Source: Alphaproteobacteria bacterium
GTDB taxonomy: Bacteria; Pseudomonadota; Alphaproteobacteria; MPNO01
Length of the DNA stretch: 64,000 nt
Direction of reading: 5' to 3'
NCBI GenBank assembly: GCA_964291675.2
Contig: OZ219866.1
Coordinates: 1,408,001-1,472,000 of the forward strand
Each line of letters begins with the position of its first letter. Positions within the stretch are counted from its first letter, which is position 1. The notes beneath the pieces are model-generated. The model made no database searches and was not told the DNA's origin. It saw only the letters and a list, made by a program, of their open reading frames with translations. The translations under genes were made by a program, and so were the position numbers. This document shows, one piece after another, positions 1-8,556 of the stretch.

Positions 1-1
1 C

Positions 2-252
2 GCCGCCTACGCGTTCCGGGCGGGCGACTTCAACTTCGCCGGGGCCCCCGGCCGCGGCCTCGCGAGCGTCAGGATCGAGACCCTGCCCGCCCCGGACCGG
101 GGCGCGCTGACGCTCGGCGGCAACGCCGTCGCGGCGGGGCAGGAGGTCGCGCGCGGCGCCATCGACGCGGGCGATCTGCGATTCGTCCCGCCGGCGGGCG
201 CCGCGCGCGAGGGCGCGGCGAGCTTCACCTTCAAGGTGAGCGACGGGAGCGG
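2..252 (+). pseudogene. 3' part of a cadherin/Ig-like repeat protein, truncated at a REP-like repeat
   Basis: Frame +2 reads AAYAFRAGDFNF..LASVRIETLPAPDRGALTLGG..ASFTFKVSDG, the same repeat unit as in 1015..5319. Homology stops at ~252 where a REP half-site begins; the frame runs on through repeat DNA to 781. Confidence 0.7.
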
Positions 253-890
253 AGATCCGGGCACCCACTGTCGCCACCGCGCCTCCCGCCCGTTCCCCCC
301 CCTCGTCATGCCCGGACTTGATCCGGGCACCCATGCGGCCTATCGGCGCGCACGGCGGGCCGTGGGGAGGCGTGGCGGCGCCGGTGGGTGGCCGGATCAA
401 GTCCGGCCATGGGTGCCCGGATCAAGTCCGGGCATGACGGGGTGGGGAGTAGCGGGGGAGTCGGTGGAGCAACGGGGAGAAGGAGCGGGGGCCGGACGCC
501 ACGGGGGGCGGCGCGGTGGAACCTGCGGCGCGCCCACCGGCGACCCCCGGCGGCGCGCCCGAGCGCCCGAACGCTCCCCATGCTTCCATGCCTCCCCACC
601 TCGTCATGCACCCCCCGCCCGTTCACCCCCCCTCGTCATGCCCGGACTTGATCCGGGCACCCATGCAGCCTCTCGGCGCGCACAACGGCCCGTGGGGCGG
701 GTGGCGGCAGTGGGTGGCCGGATCATCCCCGGACTCGATCCGGGGACCGGCCATGGGTGCCCGGATCAAGTCCGGGCATGACGAGGGGGGTGCATGACGG
801 GGTGGGGAGTAGCGGGAGTGTCGGTGGCGTAACGGGGAGATGGAGCGGGGGCCGGGCGCCACGGGGGCGGCGCGGTGGAACCTGCGGCGG
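253..890. repeat. Cluster of nested palindromic REP/RPE-like repeats (family 1) in two diverged ~330-360 bp direct units
   Basis: CGTCATGCCCGGACTTGATCCGGGCACCCAT at 304-334 and 634-664; reverse complements at 409-439 and 753-783; variant arm at 386-410; flank 440-530 repeated at ~800-890. Confidence 0.9.
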
Positions 891-1014
891 GCGTGCCGGC
901 GCCGATCATTCATATCAAATTCGCATGTTATGATGACTTTTCGGTGTGGCTGGTCTATGGATGACGGGGCCGGCTCGCCGGCGGATGCGCCACGACCGCG
1001 AGAGAGGACGAGAG

Positions 1015-4000
1015 ATGGGACGGATGCTTTTCGGCAACACCGCGGACGCGACGGGCGGCGGGCGCCGCCCCTCCCCGGCCTGGCTCGCGCCGCTGCTGGT
1101 CCTCGCCCTCTGGGCGGCGGACGCGAAGGCGCAGACGGTCGCGCTGGTCGGCAATGTGGGGCAGTCCGGGACCGAGGGCGTCAGCCTCGGCGTCTGGGAC
1201 CTTGCCCAGAAGTTCACGACCGGAACGAACAGCGCCGGCTACGACCTGACCAGCGTCGAAGTACATCTGTTCACCAACGCCAACCTGGGTACCGACACCG
1301 CCGCCCCCCGGGTGCGCGTGGTCCGCGGGGCGGCGACGGGAACCGGCTCGGAGCCGGTCGCGACGCTGACCGCCGCGACGACGACGCTACCTGCCACCGC
1401 GCGGGCCAACTACACGTATACGGCGCCTACGCCGCCGCAGGGCATCGTGCTGCGCGCGTCGACCGACTACTGGGTGGTGGTCGAAGCAGCCTCCAGCGGC
1501 GGCGGCGACGTACACTTCTTCAACACCAATTCGAATGCGGAGGACGGCACCCCCGCGGCGGGCTGGAGCATCGACGATAGCGGGTTGCAACGAGCACACG
1601 ATTCGACCGGTGGCTTCGGCGCGGAAGATCGCGCCTACATGATCCGCGTCAACGGCAGCGTCAGGACCAACGTCCCCGCCACCGGCAAGCCGACGATCAC
1701 GGGCGTCGCGACCGTGGGCCGCCTGCTGCAGGCGAGCCGGGGCACCATCACGGACACCGAGGGGCTGCCCGCCGCGTTCGACTATCAGTGGATCCGGGTC
1801 GACGGGGCGACCGAGACCGACATCCAGGGCGCGGACTCGTCCACCTACCGGCTGGTCGACGCCGATGAGGGCAAGACGGTCAAGGTGAGGATGTCCTTCA
1901 CCGACCTTCGGGGCGGCATGGAATCGCGCACCAGCGACGCGTTTCCGTCGAGCGGGACCGTCCAGGCCGCGCCCGTCATCGTCGGCGGTCTCCATGTGAC
2001 CAATCTGGGGCAGGCCCGGGGCGGCGCCGACACTTTCGACCGGTTCGATGCCGCCCAGAAGTTCACCACCGGCACCAACGCCGGCGGCTACACGCTGAGC
2101 AGCGTCGACCTGCGGCTGGAGGTCGCCTCTCCCAATGTCTCGCACCCCGCGGTGAAGGTGGTCAAGGGGGCGCCGGCGGGCGAGGACTCGGAGGATGTCG
2201 CCACGCTCACCCCCCGGAGCAGGAACTTGATTGCGCATGCGGCCAACTTCGCCAGCTTCGGCGCGCCGCCGGGCATCAGGCTGGACCCGTCGACCGACTA
2301 CTGGGTGGTGGTCGAACGCAGCGGCGGCGACGCCATCCATCTGGCCTTGTCGGTCACCGCGTCGGATGCGGAGGACGGCAGCTCCGCGGCGGACTGGAGC
2401 ATCGCCGACACGGCCTTGTGGCGGGCCGCCGACTCCACCGGCGCGTTCGAGCGGAGGGTTCGCGGCGTGTCCTACATGATCCGCGTCGACGCCGTCGCCG
2501 GGGCCGCCGCCGGCGCGCCGACCGCCGCCGACGGCTCGGTGCGCACCCGCCCGGACACCGCGTACGCCTTCAGGGTGGACGATTTCGGCTATTCCGATCC
2601 CGACGGCGACGCGCTGGCGAGCGTGAAGATCGAGACCCTGCCCGCCTCCGGCAAGGGCGCGCTGACCCTCGACGGCAACGCCGTCGCCGCGGGGCAGGAC
2701 GTCGCCCGCGGCGACATCGAGGCGGGCGACCTGCAATACGCGCCGCCGGCGGGCGAGGCGGGCGAGGACTTCGCGAGCTTCACCTTCCGGGTGAACGACG
2801 GCACCGCCGACAGCGCGAACGCCGCCACCATGACCGTCCATGTCTCGACCGTCCAGGTCGAGAACGCGCCGCCGGTCGCCGCCGACGGCTCGGTGCGCAC
2901 CCGCCCGGACACCGGGTACGCCTTCAGGGTGGGCGATTTCGGCTATTCCGATCCCGACGGCGACGCGCTGGCGAGCGTGAAGATCGAGACCCTGCCCGCC
3001 TCCGGCAGGGGCACGCTGACGCTCGACGGCAGCGCCGTCACCGCGGGGCAGGCCGTCGCCCGCAGCGACATCGAGCTGGGCCGGCTGGAATACGCGCCGC
3101 CGGCGGGCGCGGCGGGCGAGAACCTGGCGAGCTTCACCTTCCGGGTGAGCGACGGCACCGCCGACAGCGCGAACGCCTACACCATGACCGTCCATGTCTC
3201 GACCGTCCGGGTCGAGAACGCGCCGCCGGTCGCCGCCGACGGCTCGGTGCGCATCGGCGCCGACGCCGAGTACGCCTTCAGGACGGGCGATTTCGGCTAT
3301 TCCGATGCCGACGGCGACGCGCTGGCGAACGTGAAGATCGAGACCCTGCCCGCTTCCGGCAGGGGCACGCTGACGCTCGGCGGCAGCGCCGTCGCGGCGG
3401 GGCAGGCCGTCGCCCGCAGCGACATCGAGGCGGGCAACCTGCGATACGCGCCGCCGGCGGGCGCGGCGGGCGAGGACTTCGCGAGCTTCACCTTCCGGGT
3501 GAGCGACGGGACCGTCGACAGCGCGGACGCCTACACCATGACCGTCCATGTCGGCAACCGGGCGCCGGTCGCCGCCGACGGCTCGGTGCGGATCGGCGCG
3601 GACACCGAATACGCCTTCAAGGTGGGCGATTTCGGCTATTCCGATGCCGACGGCGACGCGCTTGCCGGGATCGCGATCCGCACGCTGGCCGGCCTGCCGG
3701 CGGGAAGCGCGCTGCGGCTCGACGGCGCGCCGGTGAGGCCGGGCCAGGCCGTGACCCGGGCGCAGCTCGAGGCGGGCGGTCTGGTGTTCGTCCCGGAAGC
3801 GGGCGGGACGGGCAGCCCCTACGCGACGTTCTCCTTTACCGTGAGCGACGGGTTCGCGGACAGCGCGCCGGCCACGATGCGCGTCCATGTCGTCGGGCCG
3901 GGCGGCGAGCGGGCGGTCGGCGCCTGGGTGTCGCGCTTCGGGCGCACGGTGGCGGACCAGGTCGTGGCCGCGGTCGAGGGAAGGATGCGCGCCGCGCGGC

Positions 4001-5319
4001 GGCCGCAGGCGGAGGTGAGCCTCGCCGGCGGGCGGATCGGCCTGTTGCCGCCCCCGGGCGACGCCCGGGCGCCGGATCCCGGGGCGGAGCCCGCGCGGGC
4101 CGGCGCGACCCGGACCATGAGCGGCGGCGAGCTGCTGCTGGGCTCGTCCTTCGCGCTGACCGGCGCGGCGGCGGATGGCGGCTCGGCCGCGTTCTGGGGC
4201 GGCGCCGCGGTAACCCGCTTCGACGGGCGCGAGGACGGGCTCGCGGTCGACGGCGAGGTGACCGGCGCCATGCTGGGCGCCGACTGGCAGCGGGGAAGCT
4301 GGACCACCGGGCTCGTGGTCGCGCACAGCCAGGGCGAGGGCGGCTACCGCGAGGGCGGCGGCGGCGCGGCGCGCGGCTCCGTCGAGGCGACGCTGACCGG
4401 GCTCTACCCCTGGCTGCGGCTTGCGCCGGACGACCGGCTGGAGGCCTGGGGCGCGGCGGGCTACGGCGCCGGCGGGCTGCGGCTGGTGCCGGACGGCGGG
4501 GCGGCGACCCGCACCGACCTCGCCGCCTGGATGGCGGCGGCGGGGCTGCGCGGGGCGCTGCTCGACCCGGGCGGCGCGGGGCTGAGGCTGACCGCGAGGA
4601 CGGACGCCCTGTTCGCCGGCGCGTCGACCGACGCGGCGGGCTCGGGCGCCGGCCGGCTGGCGGCGGTCGAGGCCAGGGTCGCGCGGCTGCGGCTCGGGCT
4701 GGAGGGGGCGCTGCCGATGCGCCTCGGGCCGGGCTCGGCGCTGACGCCGGGGTTCGAGCTCGGCGCGCGCCATGACGGCGGCGACGCCGAGACCGGGCTC
4801 GGGGCGGATATCGGCGCGAGCCTCGCCTGGACCGACGCCGGGAGGGGGCTCTCGATGGAGCTCAGCGGGCGCGGGCTGCTGTCCCACAAGGCGAAGGGAT
4901 TCCGCGAGCGCGGCGTGTCGGCCGTCCTCCTGTGGCAGCCCGGGACGGACGCGCGCGGGCCGCGCCTCAGCCTCGCCCAGAGCCTCGGCGGCGCGTCGGC
5001 GGGCGGCGCCGCGGCGCTGCTCGGACGGACCACGCCGGCGACGCTCGCCAACCCCGGCGGGGGGGAGCTGAAGCGCCGCCGGCTGGAGGCGCGGCTGGGC
5101 TACGGCTTCGCCGCCTTCGGCAGCCGCTTCACCCTCACGCCGGAGGCCGGGTTCGGGCTGTCGCAGGCGGCGCGCGACTACAGGATCGGCTGGCGCCTGG
5201 CGCGGCGCCCCGGGCCGGGGCCCGGCTCGGCCGAGCTCTCCCTCGACGCGCGCCGCCGCGAGAGCGCCGCCGCGCCGCCGGTGCACGAGGGCAGGGTCCG
5301 GCTGACGGCGCGGTTCTGA
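1015..5319 (+). CDS. Large surface adhesin / autotransporter-like protein
   Basis: Signal peptide (..ALWAADAKAQ); two N-terminal AQKFTTGTN..YWVVVE domains; four cadherin/Ig-like repeats; C-terminal beta-barrel ending in F (LTARF). Start is uncertain (946/1015/1024). Confidence 0.85.
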   Translation: MGRMLFGNTADATGGGRRPSPAWLAPLLVLALWAADAKAQTVALVGNVGQSGTEGVSLGVWDLAQKFTTGTNSAGYDLTSVEVHLFTNANLGTDTAAPRVRVVRGAATGTGSEPVATLTAATTTLPATARANYTYTAPTPPQGIVLRASTDYWVVVEAASSGGGDVHFFNTNSNAEDGTPAAGWSIDDSGLQRAHDSTGGFGAEDRAYMIRVNGSVRTNVPATGKPTITGVATVGRLLQASRGTITDTEGLPAAFDYQWIRVDGATETDIQGADSSTYRLVDADEGKTVKVRMSFTDLRGGMESRTSDAFPSSGTVQAAPVIVGGLHVTNLGQARGGADTFDRFDAAQKFTTGTNAGGYTLSSVDLRLEVASPNVSHPAVKVVKGAPAGEDSEDVATLTPRSRNLIAHAANFASFGAPPGIRLDPSTDYWVVVERSGGDAIHLALSVTASDAEDGSSAADWSIADTALWRAADSTGAFERRVRGVSYMIRVDAVAGAAAGAPTAADGSVRTRPDTAYAFRVDDFGYSDPDGDALASVKIETLPASGKGALTLDGNAVAAGQDVARGDIEAGDLQYAPPAGEAGEDFASFTFRVNDGTADSANAATMTVHVSTVQVENAPPVAADGSVRTRPDTGYAFRVGDFGYSDPDGDALASVKIETLPASGRGTLTLDGSAVTAGQAVARSDIELGRLEYAPPAGAAGENLASFTFRVSDGTADSANAYTMTVHVSTVRVENAPPVAADGSVRIGADAEYAFRTGDFGYSDADGDALANVKIETLPASGRGTLTLGGSAVAAGQAVARSDIEAGNLRYAPPAGAAGEDFASFTFRVSDGTVDSADAYTMTVHVGNRAPVAADGSVRIGADTEYAFKVGDFGYSDADGDALAGIAIRTLAGLPAGSALRLDGAPVRPGQAVTRAQLEAGGLVFVPEAGGTGSPYATFSFTVSDGFADSAPATMRVHVVGPGGERAVGAWVSRFGRTVADQVVAAVEGRMRAARRPQAEVSLAGGRIGLLPPPGDARAPDPGAEPARAGATRTMSGGELLLGSSFALTGAAADGGSAAFWGGAAVTRFDGREDGLAVDGEVTGAMLGADWQRGSWTTGLVVAHSQGEGGYREGGGGAARGSVEATLTGLYPWLRLAPDDRLEAWGAAGYGAGGLRLVPDGGAATRTDLAAWMAAAGLRGALLDPGGAGLRLTARTDALFAGASTDAAGSGAGRLAAVEARVARLRLGLEGALPMRLGPGSALTPGFELGARHDGGDAETGLGADIGASLAWTDAGRGLSMELSGRGLLSHKAKGFRERGVSAVLLWQPGTDARGPRLSLAQSLGGASAGGAAALLGRTTPATLANPGGGELKRRRLEARLGYGFAAFGSRFTLTPEAGFGLSQAARDYRIGWRLARRPGPGPGSAELSLDARRRESAAAPPVHEGRVRLTARF
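2524..3890 (+). repeat. Four intragenic tandem Ig/cadherin-like repeats
   Basis: GCCGCCGACGGCTCGGTG unit starts at 2524, 2878, 3232 and 3571 (periods 354, 354, 339 bp). Confidence 0.9.
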
Positions 5320-5327
5320 CCGTCGGC

Positions 5328-5436
5328 CGTCCTGCGATACGGCGCTACGCGCCTGCCCGGGATGAGGGCGGGGTCGAGCGGTCCGGGAAACTCCCCTCAT
5401 CCCGGGCAGCGCCCGCGGGGCGCGTATCGCGGGACG
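5328..5436. repeat. Palindromic REP-like element, family 2
   Basis: CGATACGGCGCTACGCGCCTGCCCGGGATGAGG ... CCTCATCCCGGGCAGCG..GCGTATCG; a related copy lies at 57218-57330. Confidence 0.8.
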
Positions 5437-5974
5437 CCGGCCGGTAAAACCCCTGCGCCTCGACCAGGAACGCGCGGTTGAGCCGGGCGCGGTAGTTCTC
5501 CATCGCCGCGGTGGCGGCGAGCTCGACGAGCTGGGCCTCGGAGAAGTGCGTCGCCGCCTCCGCGTAGACCGCGTCCGGCACCTCGGCCGGGGTTTGCGTG
5601 ATTCCCTCGGCGACGGCGAAGGCGGCCTTCTCGGCGGCGTCGAACAGGTCGCTGTCGCGCCAGGCGGCGACGGCGGCGATCTTCTCGTCGGTGCTTCCGG
5701 CGGCGCTGCTCCCGGCAGCGTTGGTGTCGATTCAGAACGGGCACTGGACGATCTGCGCGACGCGGACGCAGATCAGGTAGCGCAGATCGGCCGGCAGGGT
5801 GCCGCTGCGGGAAGGTGCCGCGCCGAGGATTTGCCCCGCCTTGAGGATCGGCGGGCAGCGCGCCTGGATTCCGGCGGTCGTCGTCGGCGCGCCCAACGCG
5901 CGGGCGGCCCGGTCCATCGCCTCGCGCGCCTCCCCGGGCGCCTCGTCGCGGGCCAGCGGCTTCAGTCTCGGCAT
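5345..5974 (-). CDS. AhpD/carboxymuconolactone decarboxylase-family protein, probable selenoprotein (CxxU)
   Basis: ORFs 5732..5974 and 5345..5581 are in one frame separated only by TGA (5734-5732) in C-P-F-U, where the family has CxxC. CMD-like sequence continues after the TGA, and a SECIS-like hairpin follows. Confidence 0.85.
5704..5720 (-). promoter_or_regulatory. Putative bacterial SECIS element
   Basis: mRNA: UGA + 11 nt + CGCUGC-CGGGA-GCAGCG (6-bp stem, G as second loop base). Confidence 0.7.
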
Positions 5975-6125
5975 GGCGGTCCCCCTCGCGGATGGCGGGG
6001 AGGATGGTAGAGCCCATGCGTCGTGGATGGAACCGCGGCCGCCCTTCGATAGGGGCTTATATGGATGGGTTGACGGGCGGTCGGCTGGCGCAGACCGCCG
6101 ACGGGAACGCCGCCCCGCCCCACCC

Positions 6126-6147
6126 CGTCATGCCCGGACTTGATCCG
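6126..6147. repeat. Left half of a family-1 REP arm split by the IS
   Basis: CGTCATGCCCGGACTTGATCCG; continues as CGGGCACCCA at 7524-7533; partner arm at 7585-7614. Confidence 0.9.
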
Positions 6148-6179
6148 TCTATGGACGCCCCCGGCGGTGCAAGGTTTTT

Positions 6180-6370
6180 TTCGAACGGTTCGGACAGTGC
6201 GGTCAGGTGCTGTCGTCTATGCGGCCTCTGCTTGCGGCCTGTGTGGCGCCGCGGGCCTGTATGGCATACGCGGATCGGGTCCAAATCGGGCACGCGTGCT
6301 CTTCGGCGCGCCGGATCAAGCTGGTTTTCCCGATCCCGTCTCATCGACCGTTTGTCCTTACCCGTCCTCA
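6180..6370 (-). ncRNA. Putative bridge/seek RNA of the IS1111 element (ends approximate)
   Basis: Target guides at 6311-6320 and 6287-6293 lie inside stem 6272-6279/6329-6336; donor guide at 6213-6221. Confidence 0.8.
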
Positions 6371-6412
6371 GACCTCGCCCGCACTGCCGACGGCGGCCCG
6401 CATCCGCCGCGC

Positions 6413-7444
6413 TCAGGCGGTGTTCGGCGCGGGCGCCCGGTAGCTCTGCTGTCTCGTGGTCATCGCCCAGGCGATGCGCGCGGTGCGGTTGGCCAGCGCC
6501 ACGGCGATCAGCTTCTTCGGCTTCCTGGTGGCCAGCATCCCGGCCAGCCACGGGTCGCGCACCGTGTCGTGGCGCCCGGCGCTGCGGACCACCGACATGG
6601 CGCCGAGCACCAGGAGCCGCCTGAGATCGCGCTGGCCCATCTTCGATATCCTGCCCAGCCGCGGCTTGCCGGCCGTCGTGTGCTGGCGCGGCACCAGCCC
6701 GAGCCAGGCCGAGAAGTCGCGCCCGCGGCGGAACCCGTCGAGCGGCGGCGCGAAGGCCTGGATCGCCATCGCGGTGACCGGCCCGACCCCCGGTATGGTC
6801 ATCAGCCGGCGCGCATCCGCATCCCGCCGCGCCTCGGCGCGCAGCTCCTTGTCGAGCTCGGCGACCTGTTCGTCCAGCCCGGCGATCTGCTCCAGCAGCA
6901 CCCCGGCGAGCTCGCCCACCCGGTCCGGCAGACCGGCCCGCGCAGCCTCCAGCGCCACCGCGAGCTTGCCGACACTCGCCGGACCCTTCGGCGCCACCAG
7001 CCCGAACTCCGCCAGATGGCCGCGCAGCGCGTCGAGCGCCTGGGTGCGCTGGCGCACCAGGAGATCGCGCACCCGGAACAGCATGCCGCGGCTCTGCTGC
7101 TCGGCCGTCTTCACCGCAACCAGGCTCATGGTCGGCCGCGACGCCGCCTCGCAGATCGCCGCCGCATCCGCCGCATCGTTCTTCTGGCGCTTCACGAAGG
7201 GCTTCACATAGACCGGCGGCACCAGCCGCACCTCATGGCCCAGATCGAGGATCTCGCGACCCCAGTGATGCGCGCCCCCGCACGCCTCCATCGCCACCAC
7301 GCAGCGCGGCTGACGCGCCAGAAAGGCGAGCAGCCTGCCGCGGCTCAGCGTCCGGCGGAAACCCACCGAGCCGTCCGCGCACATCCCGTGCAGCTGAAAA
7401 CTCCGCTTCGAAAGATCGATCCCGATCATGCTAACCTCGGCCAT
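6413..7444 (-). CDS. IS110-family DEDD recombinase/transposase (343 aa)
   Basis: GIDLSK, AMEACG and KNDAADA (DEDD motifs); TIPGVG; QHTTAGK loop; RBS GGAGG. Confidence 0.95.
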   Translation of the reverse strand: MAEVSMIGIDLSKRSFQLHGMCADGSVGFRRTLSRGRLLAFLARQPRCVVAMEACGGAHHWGREILDLGHEVRLVPPVYVKPFVKRQKNDAADAAAICEAASRPTMSLVAVKTAEQQSRGMLFRVRDLLVRQRTQALDALRGHLAEFGLVAPKGPASVGKLAVALEAARAGLPDRVGELAGVLLEQIAGLDEQVAELDKELRAEARRDADARRLMTIPGVGPVTAMAIQAFAPPLDGFRRGRDFSAWLGLVPRQHTTAGKPRLGRISKMGQRDLRRLLVLGAMSVVRSAGRHDTVRDPWLAGMLATRKPKKLIAVALANRTARIAWAMTTRQQSYRAPAPNTA

Positions 7445-7737
7445 GGATGCTCCCTCCTCCAAGTGGGTTGATGACACCGCCACTTTGGCACACAGATGCC
7501 GTCGGAGGGGGCGTCCACTCCATCGGGCACCCACTGGCGCCGCCGCCCCTCTCGTCGGACCGTCGTGCGGGCGGAGAGGCCGCGTGGATGGCCGGATCAA
7601 GTCCGGCCATGACGTAGGGGTGACAGCGGGAGCGGAGATGCAGATGCTCACGGGCGCGGAGCCCGCGTCGAAGGCTAAACCGGACAGCAGTGGAACAAGT
7701 CCGGCCATGACGGCTTGGCGGAATGGACCGACCCGGC

Positions 7738-8505
7738 CTAGATCGCCCGGTAGCCGCCGTCGGCCATGACGATGCCGCCGGTGACGTAGCCGGCGAGGTC
7801 GGAGGCGAGGAAGATGGCGGGGCCCACGATGTCCTCGGGCTTGCCGGTGCGCCCGAGCGGGGTGTGGTCGAGGAAGAGTTTTACGAGCTCCGGGTTGCGC
7901 GCCCGGGCGGCGGCGTTCAGCGGGGTCTCGATCAGCCCGGGGCCGATCGCGTTGACCCGCACCCCGTCCTTGCCGAGCTCGGCGGCGAGCGCGCGGGTGA
8001 AGCCGAGCACGCCGTGCTTGGAGGTGGTGTAGGCGATGCTGTTGGGCGTCCTGACATGCAGGAAGGACTGGATCGAGCCGATATTGACCACCCGCCCGCG
8101 ATTGGCGCGGAGCTGGCCGAGGAAGGCCCGGGTGACGTTGAACACGCCGTCGAGGTTGACCCGCATGATGTCGTCCCAATCGCCCGCCACCGCCGCTGCA
8201 TCGCCGGTGACCGGGTTGCGCCGGTTGATGCCGGCGTTGTTGACCAGGATCGAGATCTCGCCGATGGAGCCGGCGATGTCCGCGGCGGCCGCCACGCAGG
8301 CGGCGCGGTCGCGCACGTCGAGCGTCATCGCATGCGCGGCGTGTCCGGCCCCGGCGATCTCGTCCCGCACCGCTTGCGCCGCCGCGCCGTCGATGTCGAG
8401 CACGACCACCTCGGCGCCCTGATCCGCATAGCCCAGCGCGATCGCGCGGCCGATCCCGGAAGCGCCGCCGGTGACCGCGGCGCGGTGTCCTTCGAGCAGG
8501 TTCAT
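7738..8505 (-). CDS. Short-chain dehydrogenase/reductase
   Basis: TGGASGIG, NNAG, YTTSK. Confidence 0.9.
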   Translation of the reverse strand: MNLLEGHRAAVTGGASGIGRAIALGYADQGAEVVVLDIDGAAAQAVRDEIAGAGHAAHAMTLDVRDRAACVAAAADIAGSIGEISILVNNAGINRRNPVTGDAAAVAGDWDDIMRVNLDGVFNVTRAFLGQLRANRGRVVNIGSIQSFLHVRTPNSIAYTTSKHGVLGFTRALAAELGKDGVRVNAIGPGLIETPLNAAARARNPELVKLFLDHTPLGRTGKPEDIVGPAIFLASDLAGYVTGGIVMADGGYRAI

Positions 8506-8556
8506 TCGGTTTCCTTTCGATCCGCTGTCCGCTTGCGGAGACCTCTCGAGACCGGA

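Larger units (their letters stand above)
6148..7523 (-). mobile_element. IS110-family, IS1111-group insertion sequence
   Basis: Sub-terminal IRs TGGACGCCCCC (6152-6162) and GGGGGCGTCCA (7507-7517); CG core at both junctions (6146-6147, 7524-7525); no longer TSD; long non-coding region 3' of the transposase. Confidence 0.95.

Noticed and set aside
253-890. CRISPR array
   Set aside because: Repeats occur in both orientations with irregular, mutually similar spacers; no cas genes; REP-like instead
2524-3890. Diversity-generating retroelement template/variable repeats
   Set aside because: In-frame domain repeats, no evident adenine-specific variation, and no reverse transcriptase in the window
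1387-5400. 1337-aa antisense ORF (also 31521..34655, 52949..55885 and many Arg/Pro/Gly-rich ORFs)
   Set aside because: Shadow ORFs of high-GC coding regions; they overlap well-supported genes and show no motifs
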